Position numbers and translations under genes: made by a program. Positions 44,956 through 56,859 of a DNA stretch of 64,000 nucleotides are shown piece after piece. The stretch covers positions 236,754-300,753 of the forward strand of contig JAPMXV010000036.1 of assembly GCA_026936335.1 (NCBI GenBank). Direction: 5' to 3'. A model generated the notes under the pieces. It ran no database searches. It saw nothing but the letters and a program-made list of their open reading frames with translations, and was not told the DNA's origin. Source of the DNA: Mantamonas sphyraenae STR306 (taxonomy: Eukaryota; Protista; CRuMs). Each line of letters begins with the position of its first letter. Within the stretch, counting starts at the first letter, position 1.

Positions 44956-47469
44956 ATGAGCTCCAAACACGCCGAGAACGAGGATGACCCATTCCTGTGG
45001 CTGATGTGGCTTCAACCACGCAACACACACCAAGGCTTCGTCCAGGCAATGGATCAAGGTCTGTGACCCCACCATCCGCCTCGTCGCCGACCCTGGCTCA
45101 CTCCCCTCTCCGCCCCTCCCTCAGCACTCCAATCGATCACAACCCCTGTCGAGGAGCTCTCCTCTGGCTGGAAGGTCTTGCAATGCAACAATCTCTTCCA
45201 CGGGAAACGAGTTTGCATGCGTGTGGTGTCGCTCAAGCGAGACGTGCCACCTGCACCAACGTGTGCCGCCATTGTGGTCGCAGAGCACGCATGTGAGTAC
45301 GGTGTTTGGGCCCCTCCGCATCGTGCTTGGGATGGCTACCTGCACGGTGTGGCCAAGAGGCAGATGCCGACGCTGGTTGCGCCCTTTGCCGTGGACGATC
45401 AACAAACCGAGGACGAGGAAGCCCTCCGCCAGGTTGGGTTGTTTCCGCAGCGTGTTCAGCTCCACGAATCGTTGTTTTACCACCGCACAGTACTCCTGAA
45501 CGCATCAGAGGTTGAGGCCGTGATAGACGAGGCCGTTCGCGAAGCGCTGGCCGAGGCCAAGACTGAACTCCGTCAGGCAGTCGCTTGTGGCGAAGCCGCA
45601 CTGGTCTCTGAGCTGGTCAAACCCTATGATGGCATGTCGCAGTTGCGACGACCCAGGTTGCGTGGCAACATGCCCCTTGTGCAGGTGGCAGCTCGTCTGG
45701 CCAACGCAGACGTCTTGGCAGCGCTGCTGAACGGAGGATGGGACCCCAACATGCAGGCGCGAGCCTCTGGAACAACTGCGTTGACTACAGCATCCTTTTC
45801 CGGGAGTTTGCAGTGCGTTCAGACTCTTCTTGAGACCGGGGCAGACGTCGACCTTGCGGACAACGAACAACACACTCCCCTGCTGTGTGCCCTCCGCGGA
45901 GGACATGTACAGGTGGCACAGACACTCTTGAATGCCGGTGCCGACACAGAAGCACGCGATGCTCATGGTTTGGGCACCATGGAGTGTGCGTTGTCCTCAG
46001 GAGACGAAGCTACCGTACGCTGGGTTCAAGAGACTCTGCACCGCGAGCTGGCACCCTCACACCTGTTCTATGCTATACATTCATTGTGTAAATACGCAAT
46101 ACGCACCATTCTGGCATCAGCAGACCTTGATCTGGACACAATGATGGACGATTCTGGCCAAAGTCTCCTCGAGGCCACCGTCGCTGTCCGTCGCCCAACT
46201 CTCCAAGCACTCTCGGCAGATGTTGTGTCCGTGCTAATCAAAGCCGGATGTGACGTGAACACTTTGTCTGCACGAGGACGGTACGCGCTGGCCACCGCCA
46301 CGGAGTCGAACAACCTAGACGCCGTGCGCGTGCTTCTCGCCCACGGAGCGGATGTCCATGCAGTCGACAGTTCAAATCAGACGGTCTTGCACTATGTCCG
46401 CGACCCAACAGATAGCAGCGCATTGGTGTCCCTGCTCGTGGATGCCGGCGCTGTCGACACGGATGGCTGCCTCCTCGAGAAACTCATCTCCCAGCCCGAG
46501 CTGCTGCTGCATATGCTCGAAAAGGGGGTTTGTACGCACACAGCTCCGTGTTTGAAGGCCATAAGTGCGCAGGATGATCCACATGGACTTGTGGAGCCCT
46601 TGCTGGCATGCAGCGACGACGGAGCCAAACAAATTGCATTGTTGGCAGCCATCGACGCCAAGAACGCCCCCATGGCAAAGAAGGCGTTGGATCATGGTGC
46701 CAAAGTCGACGTTGGAGAGCCTCTGCAACGTGCAGTGCATCGCAAGGACAAAAAGATGGTGCGGCTGCTCTTGAGATACGGCGCGTTGCTTCGCAGCTAC
46801 GACTCCCACGAAGGCCTAAGGTTGGTCACTGATGCCGTATCTATGCACACCGCACAACTCCTGGTGCAACTTGTCAAGGTCGGTCTACCCCAAAAGGCTC
46901 TTCTCAAGCGAGTGATTGCGTGGGGCACACCAGACATGCTCGAGCCTCTCGTTGCCCTGGGGCTGGAAGACTATCGAGCAATGCCCACTGCCCTGCGCTA
47001 CGACCGCGAAGATATGATGAGGGAACTCGAACGCTTGGGGTTCCGTCGCGACATGCTCAACCCGCCGCGTGAGCAATCCCGGTGTGCTCTTCTCACGGGG
47101 GGCACCGCTCTTGAAACACTGCTTTCCTCCGCCAAAGGCAGAGCATGGCTGTCTGAGAATCTGTACGGCACCTCCTCCAACGGCATCGGCCGTCGCTTGG
47201 TGCGCACCTGGTCACAGGCTCTGCACGCCGTTGTGCCTCCTGAACATGACATGTGGGTCGAGACTGCCCTTGTGATGAACATGGAAGAACGAGAAGTGAT
47301 GTTTGCGGCGGGTGGCATGGACGAGTACGTCCCCACCGCTGGGTGGAGCACGCTTCCAGACGAGGTGATGACGCTGGTCATCGACCACCTCACTTCCTCT
47401 GGCCCCGCCCTCAAGATCATCAAGCCAGGCCGAAAAGCACGTGATCGACGCCGTCAAAAACGGTGGTAG
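44956..47469 (+). CDS. Ankyrin-repeat protein with C-terminal F-box/PRANC-like module; exons 44956-45058, 45125-47469
   Basis: GTTALTTASFSGSLQCVQTLLETGADVD, HTPLLCALRGGHVQVAQTLLNAGADTE, VRVLLAHGADVHAVD and further degenerate ANK repeats; ends GWSTLPDEVMTLVIDHL; in-frame GT-AG intron 45059-45124. Confidence 0.88.
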
Positions 47470-47718
47470 TCGTTCCCATTGCCCTCTACTTCTTCTCTCT
47501 GCGCGGTCGCGGTCGCGGTCGCGTTCGCTTGCGCCTCCGCTCTTGGCCTGGGTTGGCGTCGTCATTTGCGTTGTGTGTGCTCCTCCGAGACACTTCTGCG
47601 TGCGACCTGGAGCAGGACCCCATAGTCTGCACCCAACGTGTACAATAGGCACACACGGACCCTCGTCTTGCTGCGAGATCGTGCTCATTCATTGTCTGCA
47701 CCGCACTGCGCTCCCTTC

Positions 47719-50700
47719 TCATTCTTCATTCTCCGCAAAGTGCGTCTCCCACAACGCATCCAACTTTGTCCGTTTTGCTTGCAACTCGGACTCCATCTGT
47801 GTGTCGCGTAGCGCTGGCGGAAAGCCAATAAGCTGTACGACAAGCGGAACTGTGACCCACGAAAACAGCCAACCAAACAGCGAGACCGCAAACAACAACG
47901 TGATCACCGTAGCTCCGTTGCCGTCAAAGAACGGCAGCAATACGCCGATGCAGAGGTTGGACAATCCGCTGTACCAAACCCCTGGGCCGACGCTGCCAAG
48001 CGCTGACTCGAGGCGACGCTTCGTGCTGGAGCCCGAAGTCGTGTTGAACGTGAGCACCAGATGCGCCGTTTGGTCCATACCGATGCCAAACGCAATGACG
48101 AGCGCTACATACGTGTACACCGAGAACTGATACTCTACGACATGCAAACCGCCCAGCACACAGCCCAACGACACCAGCATGCTGGCAACCACCACAAGCG
48201 ACGACCACGGGTTGATGAGCAGCAGTGCAGAGATGAGCCCCACCAGAATCACTGCCAGCACCCCTGCAATCTGCAGAGATGCCACAAGTTGCGCTTCGTT
48301 GCGCACATCGGCCAGCTCAATCAAAGCCAGCTGGTACGCCACGCGAGAGCCAAGTGCACTGCGCACACTTGCCTCCAGCTGCTGAGCCTCTGCAGACGTG
48401 CGAGGTCTGCGCACATGCACCACGATCCGTGTTTGCACGATGTTGTCTGCACCATCCCAGAGCACGTCGTGCCGGGCTGCAGACGTGTTCAGCGCACGCA
48501 GGCCTTGCAGAAACGCTCCCTGTGTCACAGGGAGGCTTCCGTTGGTGGCTGTTGCATACTCCTCCATCCAGCACCTGTGGGGTACCCCGTCGCTGCGCCA
48601 TGTGGAGTCGATCGCGTCCAAACCGCGGCATAGGGCCAACACCTCGTTTTGTGCCACCGTGTGCTCGTACGCCATCTTGTCCGGCAGCAACACTGTCAAT
48701 TCTGTTGATGCGCGTGGAAAGGCCTGCAATTGTTCCACTCTCCACGCACGCCGTGGTCCTGCGTCGCGGCCCACGTCAGCAAAGCCCATCGCCGTCTGCC
48801 ACGGACCTGTGGCCCCGTACGCCGCCAACGCAACCAACCCAAGCGACAGCACTGCACACACCGTCATGACGACTTTGGATGTAAACAGCGGCGCAAGGAA
48901 GAAACGCATCGTGCGTCCAAGCGGTGAAGGCACTTCTTGTGCATGCATGCTGCTGTAGCTTGCGCTGCTGCTGCGACTCAGTCCCTGGAGCGTGTTATGG
49001 CGCATCCGGCCCCCTTTGCTCCTTTCCACTGCGTATCGCGGCTCAACGCGCCACGATGCCTCCGAAGACGACACCGAAACACGACGCGTCGACGGCCCCC
49101 GGCTCATTGCAGGCGTCGTCGCCTCGGTGGGTGCCGTGCCTCCAGCCTCCACAAGCATGTCGCCCCTTTCCTTTGCTCGACTGGCCAGCTCCACGCCCGA
49201 CTCTTCCATGGTGAACGTGCTGTCGTTCCCTGTCTCTGTCGTCGGTTCCGTCACCTCGGCTGCTTTCTTGGTCTTCCAGCAGCACATGCGTCCACCCTCT
49301 TCCACGTCGTCGTTCAGATCGTACTTGCGCTCGTTCCTGCGCAGCTCGAGAGAGAGGACAGCCACAAAGAAGGTCATCTGAAACACGAAATCAATGACCA
49401 GCGCCAACACGCACAAAGTGCAGAACATGGTTCCTGCTGGCGGAGCGCCATACGAACCAGCAGCAAACACAGCCACATCTGTTGCTGTGGTCATGAAAAT
49501 GGCGGTCGCAGATTCGCCTACTCCAGTCGCAAGTCGCTGCGCAGCCGACTGCCCCTTGGCCTTACGCACAGCAAACAACAGCACCAGTACATCGTCTACA
49601 CCCACGAGAATGGCCACAAAGAAGAACGAAAGGCCTAGCTGCGACGGCAAGCCAAACATGAGAATGTACAGATTCTGCGTCGCCAAAGCGGACACAAATG
49701 CACACAGCAAGCCAGCCAGCGCAGACAAGCCGAATCCGGCAACACCTCGGCGCACAGAACTGCCAGCAAAAAGCATCAGACCTGCCAGCATGGCCATGGC
49801 GATCAACAGCGGCACGGTGCTAGGTTCGACAAGCGGCCTGGGAAAGAACACCAGCGCCACATACTCACCCAGCGAGCCTGAAGCTGCAACCAACCTGTCT
49901 CTGATCACCACCTGCAGCTGCTCCACCTGGCTTTGGGCCGCTTGATACTTCACGTCCGAATTGTCCACCGCCTGTTCCCAAACCGTGTGAGCATCGCGCA
50001 CGCCAAACACAAACATCACACCTCTCACAAAAACAGCATGCAAACGTGCATTCATCCACGCGTGCGCTCACCGCCCGCCCATGGCTGCGCACACAACACG
50101 GAACAAAAATCCTTCCATGAATCCCCCCCTTTTTTTCAAACGCACCGGCTGCAGATCCCAGACCACACGGATAGCGTCCGCATGCACCACACTGTGATTG
50201 GAATCCAACACAGCTCCAGCCAATGACTGGTGTAGCGGCACACCGTCTCCTGGGCCCACAACACGAGCCCCGCGTGCGATTCTCGTCCTTGTGGCTTCCT
50301 GCAGTGTCCACCCCGGCGTGTGCACGCTGCACGCCTCGCCGGCTGCTTGCACACGCGCGATTCTGTTTGCACGCACGTCTAGAAGAGCTTTGGGCACTTT
50401 GGGAAGGCATGCAGTTGCGTAGCTCATGGCAGGCGCGTCGGCAGTTGCGGGGACGGAAGAAGCTTCGATGAGGCTCTGGACGCGGCGCAGGGCAGCGAAG
50501 CCGCCCTCGTTGAAGACGTTCCGCGTTGGCTTGACCGCTTCATACCGTCCATTCTTGACGATGGGTGCGTTGTCTCGGTGTGTGACCACGATGTCCACAA
50601 ACTGATGAAGGCCAAATGTTTGGATCTTGCGAACGAAGCCTGCGCTCTGGTCCACGTACGTCGGACTCAGTCCTCGGAACGAAGTGCGCCCACCACCTGC

Positions 50701-50880
50701 TCCAAAGATGAGCACCAACGCCAGCACAGACACAGCCGCGATGTACCGGTACGGATGTGCGTGCACTCGCAGCGCGTGCTTGTAGAAGAGGGCGTGCAGA
50801 GTCAAGTCCGTGCGCAGCCCCAGCCGCATCCACGGCGGTGATTTGTACACCTTGGAATCGACCTTTCGATTGAGCGGCAT
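47719..50880 (-). CDS. Patched/NPC1-like sterol-sensing-domain (RND superfamily) membrane protein; exons 50146-50880, 47719-49971
   Basis: SSD: FFFVAILVGVDDVLVL...GESATAIFMTTATDVAVF...FCTLCVLALVIDFVFQMTFFVAVLSL; second TM cluster with AFGIGMDQTAH and ALGSVGPGV; phase-0 GT-AG intron 49972-50145. Confidence 0.85.
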
Positions 50881-50960
50881 GTTTCCAGACCAACAACTGA
50901 GCTTGCCCTTTGTTCGCTTTTGCCGCGACGGCGCACCCGCAGAACCACCCAAGACAAACC

Positions 50961-53003
50961 ATGACCAGGGCCCGCCGCCCACCGCCTCGAAACCCGTTCT
51001 CAGACGTCCAAGGCCGAGCTGCACGCGTGCATACCCTGTGCAGCGTTGCATTCGGCACGCTGGTCGAGGAAGCAAACATGGACAACGTCGACGACGACGT
51101 ACGCGGCCCAGTACGCGTCCGCACTTTGTCCAGAGGGCGCACGGAACTTCAGTGGAAGTCCGTGTTGGCTACAGCTGGTGGTGTGCGTGTCCTGGACGTT
51201 CACTTGTCCTCGTTGCTCAACAAAGGTGCAGCCGCGCTCGCAGCCGCCGCTCGCTCTGCGCACACTCTTGAGGAGCTCATTCTGGATACCAGTAGAATCG
51301 GAAATGACGGTTGTATCGAACTGGCCTCTCTGCTTGCCGACAACGCCACCCTACGCCGATTGTCGCTGTCCGGAAACAAGATTCAGAACGCCGGTGCGCG
51401 TGCCCTTGCATCTGCTCTCCGCACAAATGACACGCTCGTCAGCCTCTCTCTACGATCCAATTCATTGTTGGCAGGCGGTGCTGAGGCCCTCGGATCCATG
51501 CTCGAGCAGAATCGGTCGCTCACCGAGTTGGACGTTTCATTCAACAAGATCCGCGACAAAGGCGTGTGTGCTTTGGCCGCCGCTCTGGAAATCAATCCTG
51601 TGCTCCGCGTTCTCAACGTGTCATGTACCATGAGTAGCGAGGAAGCGTTCCTGGCCTTGGCGTCCATGCTGCGTGGAAACTCCACGCTGCACAGACTCAG
51701 CGCTCAATACAACGACATCCAACACGGCGAGGTTGTCGCCATCGTGGATTCCCTCGAGAGAAATCCACGTACGGCGTTGTGGTCTCTGCAGCTGCGAGGC
51801 AGGCAGGGTCTGCCCGATGAAAGCGTGCAACTCCTTTCGCAACTCCAGCGACAGCGCCCCGGCCTCATGCTGGGTTTCGACTTGGGGGAGGAATTGCAAG
51901 ACGCCACGAGCATGCTTCTGGCCGCCCGCGATGGGAACTGGAACGCAGTGGTGGAGTACTTGGACAGGGGGGTTCATTGCGATGTCTCGCTCGCCAAAGC
52001 TCCCTCTCTGCTTGTGTGTGCTCTCGCTTGGAACAGAGACGACATTGTGAACCGAGCACGTGTGGAGGGTGCTTGTCCACACACGTGTGCCCAGGGCAGG
52101 AACATGGCATCGGCGGCACAGATCGTACCTCTCGTCCCGTGGAGCCAGGCCAGACACTGGCTCTTTCGCTCTGAAGCCGACCAAGCCGTGGAAACAGCGC
52201 TCATCATGAACGCAGAGGAGCGTGAGATCATGTTTGGCACAGGTGGGATGCAGGAGTACGTTTCCCGATTTGAGTGGGCCGGGTGGGTGACTCTTCCCGA
52301 TGAAGTCATGGACCGCGTCCTGGGATGGACAGCACGTCTTTGGACAACGTGCGCAGTGCACATGGGGGGTACACGTGGAGCTCACAGCTCAGCGGTGGGG
52401 TGGAAGCGAGACGGCGACCATCTCGCGAGAGACAAACCCGTCAGGCAAACGACAGCGTGTGCACGAGTGAATGAGAGTGTATTGCATCTTCATGGTGTGT
52501 GTGTGTGTGTGTGTGTGTGGGCAATGAAGGCAGTCAAGGCTTGGTTGAGTGTCGCGGCCTGTCTCTGCGCCAACTGCCTCGGCCGACAGAGGAATGCGTC
52601 CTCAAACGACGGCTCCAGGGACACAGAACACATGCCTATCATCTCCATTCTCGATCTTCCTCCCGGTGGAGTTTCAGACGCTCTGCAATGGTTCCATCTC
52701 GTCGTACAAACCGTCTCTCAGACACACGCCTGGGCATCACCCAACACCTTGCTCCACCTCTCCATGCTACTGGCACAGTCCCTGCCTGTTGTTGTTCACC
52801 CTTGGTCGCATCGGGACATTTTGTCCACACGTTGGCATCCGGTGCCGAGCTCTCGTCCGCCCGCTGTCCCAAGCATTCCCGAATCCCGACCGTACGCACC
52901 CAGGTCATGTCAGTCGCCTTTTCCTGTACGTTTCGACGCGGTGCCTGTCCCCGCACGGCCGTGCACTCGCTGTGTGCGCAGATTATCCGCGCAGAATATT
53001 TAG
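50961..53003 (+). CDS. RI/NLRC3-type leucine-rich-repeat protein with a degenerate ankyrin and C-terminal F-box/PRANC-like module; native sequence ends ~52370 and reads through into repeat arm B
   Basis: 28-aa repeats TLRRLSLSGNKIQNAGARALASALRTND, SLTELDVSFNKIRDKGVCALAAAL; AARDGNWNAVVEYLDRG; GWVTLPDEVMDRVLGW; no stop codon before the repeat junction. Confidence 0.82.
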   Translation: MTRARRPPPRNPFSDVQGRAARVHTLCSVAFGTLVEEANMDNVDDDVRGPVRVRTLSRGRTELQWKSVLATAGGVRVLDVHLSSLLNKGAAALAAAARSAHTLEELILDTSRIGNDGCIELASLLADNATLRRLSLSGNKIQNAGARALASALRTNDTLVSLSLRSNSLLAGGAEALGSMLEQNRSLTELDVSFNKIRDKGVCALAAALEINPVLRVLNVSCTMSSEEAFLALASMLRGNSTLHRLSAQYNDIQHGEVVAIVDSLERNPRTALWSLQLRGRQGLPDESVQLLSQLQRQRPGLMLGFDLGEELQDATSMLLAARDGNWNAVVEYLDRGVHCDVSLAKAPSLLVCALAWNRDDIVNRARVEGACPHTCAQGRNMASAAQIVPLVPWSQARHWLFRSEADQAVETALIMNAEEREIMFGTGGMQEYVSRFEWAGWVTLPDEVMDRVLGWTARLWTTCAVHMGGTRGAHSSAVGWKRDGDHLARDKPVRQTTACARVNESVLHLHGVCVCVCVWAMKAVKAWLSVAACLCANCLGRQRNASSNDGSRDTEHMPIISILDLPPGGVSDALQWFHLVVQTVSQTHAWASPNTLLHLSMLLAQSLPVVVHPWSHRDILSTRWHPVPSSRPPAVPSIPESRPYAPRSCQSPFPVRFDAVPVPARPCTRCVRRLSAQNI

Positions 53004-54987
53004 TCCCAAAACTTCCATTTCCAACCTCCGCTGCACACTGACGTCCACACCGCCATCGCGGCCATGCAGTCGACACAGAAGACGGCATCACTGGGTTGGC
53101 CATGGAAGAACAAGAGCTGCCCATGGCCTTGTTGCAGATGAGTCGGGAGTTCTCTAGCATTGTCTCTCTGGACCGGAGTGACGACACGTTGATCGTCTCC
53201 ACCTTCAAGGCGTTTGCAGCTGAGTTCCAGGCAAAGGGGACCAAAAAGTCGTCTGGCGAGTTGCCGTGGAACAGGTTTGCACAGAGGTGCCGTGCATGGG
53301 GCTTGAGTGTCAAGAAGCGCCGCGAAGGTGGGTGTGTCATTCGGTGGAACACAGCATACACCAATGTGGGAGCAAGCTTCCTACGCGAAGAAGGAGTGCA
53401 GAGGGCAATCGACTTTAAGCGGGGCACACATACAAGCAGTGAAACAGCCGATGGCATGGACGAGGAAGAGTCGGAGGAGGCCGAGTCGGAGACGGACTCG
53501 GCGACGGACAGGGAGGACAAAAACGGCGTGACGTTGGGGGCCGACCCTCGTCTGGAAGGGGTCATTGGCTTTGACAACTTGGACGACGGGTCCTTGCGCA
53601 CGGTCGACGACCTGTATGCACTGGTGCTATCGGTGGAGCGGCAAATGCAGCAGCTGAGCAGGGTGGTTGTGAACGAAGTGCAGTTGACGCGGCAGCTTCT
53701 GCACCAGGACCTGCAGGCCATCAGCGACCGGCAGGCGTGGGGGTACCAACAGAGTTCGGAAGAGGAAGAGGAGAGGGACGAGTGAAGACGTGAAACATTG
53801 TGGAGGCGGAGGCGGGGCAGAGACACGTTAACAAGGGACGATCGGCGCAGCAGAGCTGGCCAGTGCGTGTGTGCATATGGAAGCAGGGGAGGAGGAATTG
53901 GATGCGCAACACAGTTGTGGGCGACATCGAAATGTGAATGAGGGTGTCGTCTGCAACAGGGAGACACTGCAAGCGGCGTAGGAGGACACGAGAACGGGCT
54001 CGTGTTTTTTTCCTGCGCGGCGGAAGTGGTCGCCGCGTTTTGTGCAGACACAGAAGCCTGTGGACAGGCATGACGGAACAAACACGGATGTTGAAACAAC
54101 CCTTTCTTCTGCATGCAGGCGGCATTTGCAGGCGCATGGACACTGTATGAAAGAGCCAGGGCCATGGGCAGAAGTTTTGGGGAAGGTGCCCAAAATCCGT
54201 GGATCTTGACAAGAGTTCCCCAAAGAGCCCCCCAAAGGGCTCTCAGGGGCGCAAAGCTCCCGGTGTGGGCTGGTGGGAGCTGCGTAGTGTGGGAACGGCA
54301 CAGGCGTGTTCCTCAATCATGGAAAGGCATGGTGGGCAAAGGGGCAGGCATGCGAAGAGATGGAGCGTGGTGGGGAGATTTGCTCTAATTTGTGGGGATG
54401 TGGACGAGTAGAGGGTTGATGGTGAGTGAGATGCACATCGTGTGTGAGTAGCAGTCACGTGTGAGTGACACAGGCATGTGTTGCATTGGGCGTGTGCGTT
54501 GAAGTGCGGGTTTGGAAGAACCAGGGATTGCAAGGTGCTGTGCGGGGCGTGGAGGCTGTGTCCACGTGTGGATGAGATGGTGGGGAGAGACAGTGTGGAT
54601 GTGTGCTCTGGCTCGTATCGGTGTGCTCCAACTGTGCAGAATGCACACGCATGGGGACGAGGAGATGCGCGCCACCCACTCCATCCAATCTCCAGCGTCG
54701 CTCATGCAAGGATACAACCTCTATTTCACTCTTCTCTCCCCTCCTCTCCTCTACTCCCTCTTCTCTCTCTTCACAACCCTCTCTATCCTCGCCCAAGTCT
54801 CGTCAAAGCTGGTGCGGGTGCAGCTCTACCGCTTGGAGGTAGTCCACTCCTGGCTCGTGATGCTTGGGCGCGGTTCTAGCAGATCCAGGAATGGTTGTGC
54901 ACTGTTTTCTGTGTTCAGTCCCAGACGGTCCTGGTTGAGGAGTGCCCCGACGCCGTCATCCATCCCGGTCGGTATGGTAGAAGGCCG
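52371..54987 (-). repeat. Inverted repeat arm B (~2.6 kb)
   Basis: Starts acacgtggagctcacagctcagcgg (reverse complement of 44830-44854) and ends ggtatggtagaaggccg (reverse complement of 42237-42254 minus one base). Confidence 0.95.
53096..53785 (+). CDS. Degenerate HSF-like protein (229 aa), copy B
   Basis: Near-identical to 43443-44132 (S/R and L/M differences). Confidence 0.62.
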   Translation: MAMEEQELPMALLQMSREFSSIVSLDRSDDTLIVSTFKAFAAEFQAKGTKKSSGELPWNRFAQRCRAWGLSVKKRREGGCVIRWNTAYTNVGASFLREEGVQRAIDFKRGTHTSSETADGMDEEESEEAESETDSATDREDKNGVTLGADPRLEGVIGFDNLDDGSLRTVDDLYALVLSVERQMQQLSRVVVNEVQLTRQLLHQDLQAISDRQAWGYQQSSEEEEERDE

Positions 54988-56282
54988 AAAACACCTGTGG
55001 AAGTGCTCCCACCGCCACTGGAGCGATTGGATCTGCTACCACTGCCGCTGGAGCTTGCGTCGCTGCCGTCGTCACCGGGAAAACGTGGATCCTGGATGTG
55101 GTTTCTCCTTCGCCTGGGTTGCGAGTCGTCGACGCTTTCGGTTCGCGTCGTGTGCCCATTGCGACCACCTTCTGGGTTGCGCTGAGTACTGACGTGATCC
55201 TGTTCCTGTCTCCGCCTTCTGTCCCTCAGGCGCCTGTTCTGCGCTCGTGTTTCATGCAGCTCGCGTTCCATCAACAGCATAGCGTTTCGCTGAGCTTGCA
55301 TCTCCACCTGCATGGACGTCATGCGCTGCATTAGCATAGACATCTGAGCCTTGAGGAGGACCACTTCTTGTGTTTTGCTCTCCAACGCCGGGCTCTCAAG
55401 ACCCATAGGTTCCGGGAGGCCCGTCACAGGATCTATGCGCGGCATGCTGACGTCGGTGTTACCAAGCTGGAGGAGGAGGGCCTCGCTAGCTCTGTGAAGG
55501 CTGTCGTCCACGCGTTGGCGTTTGTTGTCACCTTCTGATTTGGCCAGCTGCTGCAGCAAGGTACTGCCAGATTCGCGGGAGGTGGTGCTGCCGCTTGCGG
55601 AATCAGCCAGGGACGACGTCGCCGAATTGCTGTTGGTCAAGTTCGTCGAAAGATGCTTTCGTTTGCGGCTACTGGTCGACGTTGATGTGGTCGTGCGCGT
55701 CGACTTGGCGCGGGCGTTCTTTCGGCGGATACGGCCGATACTCTCCAGATCGATGCGCCGATACATCGGATGGACAAAGGTCTCTGCACTTGTCCTCACC
55801 TTGCGGAATCCGTAGCTGTTCAGCTGCCGGACGAAGGACGTGTACCGGCTGTGCTTGAAAACGTTTGGCAGCACCTTGTCCTCAAACTCCTGCACGTTGT
55901 GAATCACCAGTCTGCAGGGATCCTCAGCGTCGCTTGCATCCGTGTACCGGCCGTCCTCCAACCATTTGGCAGCGTCTTTGGCAGCGGACGCGCGGCGCCG
56001 CTTTTTCGCCGGGCGCCTGGAACCTTTTCCGGAGTGGGAGCCTTCAGGCTCGACAGAGTTGTCCAGCAGCTCCCTTTCCGTGTGCGTCTGGTTGTGCGTT
56101 CCCCAGTCCCACGATACAATGTCCTGCGTCTCTGGGTTCTCGAGCATGAGGTAGGTGGTCACGAGGAATTGCGGAGTTCCTTTGGGAAACACAAAGACGC
56201 GCCCGTCGCGAGTGATTTCCGTCTTTCCATCGGGCCCCAGCTTTGCAGCGACGGCTTCTTGCTGCCTGTACGGGGAAAACAT
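54823..56282 (-). CDS. HSF-family transcription factor paralogue B, intronless, large DBD insertion (literal stop 54915; about 54823 if the 1-nt deletion at ~54978 is corrected)
   Basis: PQFLVTTYLMLENPETQDIVSW...RLVIHNVQEFEDKVLPNVFKHSRYTSFVRQLNSYGFRKV...FVHPMYRR; same coiled coil as paralogue A. Confidence 0.88.
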
Positions 56283-56859
56283 GTGATGTTGCAGTATGCG
56301 TGGTGACGTGTAGGGTATCACGAGGTCGTTTGCTCTGCTAGTTTTGCACGTAGTGGTCGCTCGGAACCAAGGCGCGCACAAGAGGGCGTTTGGGGAACTG
56401 GATTTGTCACACCGGCGCACGCCAAAGAGCAGCATTGGGAACGGGGTTTCCCGGGGTCAGACTGTGCAGCGGGTGCAGAAGAAGACGTGTGTGTGTTTTC
56501 TGTGGCGTTTACATCCATGGTGCGTCCGCAGTGTGGTCCGGATCGGCTCGTCCGTTTTGTGCAGACGGGAGACGACGTTTTCTCGCCGACGGCCGCGGGC
56601 TCCTAAGGCAAACGGCACCCGCCAGAGCACAGGAGGGTCCGGGGCTGAGATGTGGAGATCATACCCAGAGTGCTGTGCGTGCATTGAGTGCGTGTCATGG
56701 GTATGTGGGGAAATGGAAAGACACAGGGCCGGGTTTCGAAACTGGCAGCTCCTAGTCCGCTGCGCGAACGGTGCCATATCAGCCATATCAGCCTGTGAGT
56801 GTGTGTGGGGTGGGAGCAGGCCGGCGCATGTTGGGTTGCGGCAGGAATAACACGCTGAC

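Noticed and set aside
42986-44966. Additional ORFs conserved in both repeat arms (43009-44361, 44071-44679, 44187-44966)
   Set aside because: Conservation reflects recent DNA duplication; frames differ between arms or are antisense to the 229-aa gene and show no domain signal
49972-50145. Frameshift or split gene between ORFs 50068-51075 and 47719-50055
   Set aside because: Explained by an ordinary phase-0 GT-AG intron
42237-54987. Inverted arms as terminal inverted repeats of a DNA transposon or Polinton/virophage
   Set aside because: No transposase, integrase, polymerase or capsid ORF is recognisable; the arms contain host gene fragments and there is no flanking target-site duplication
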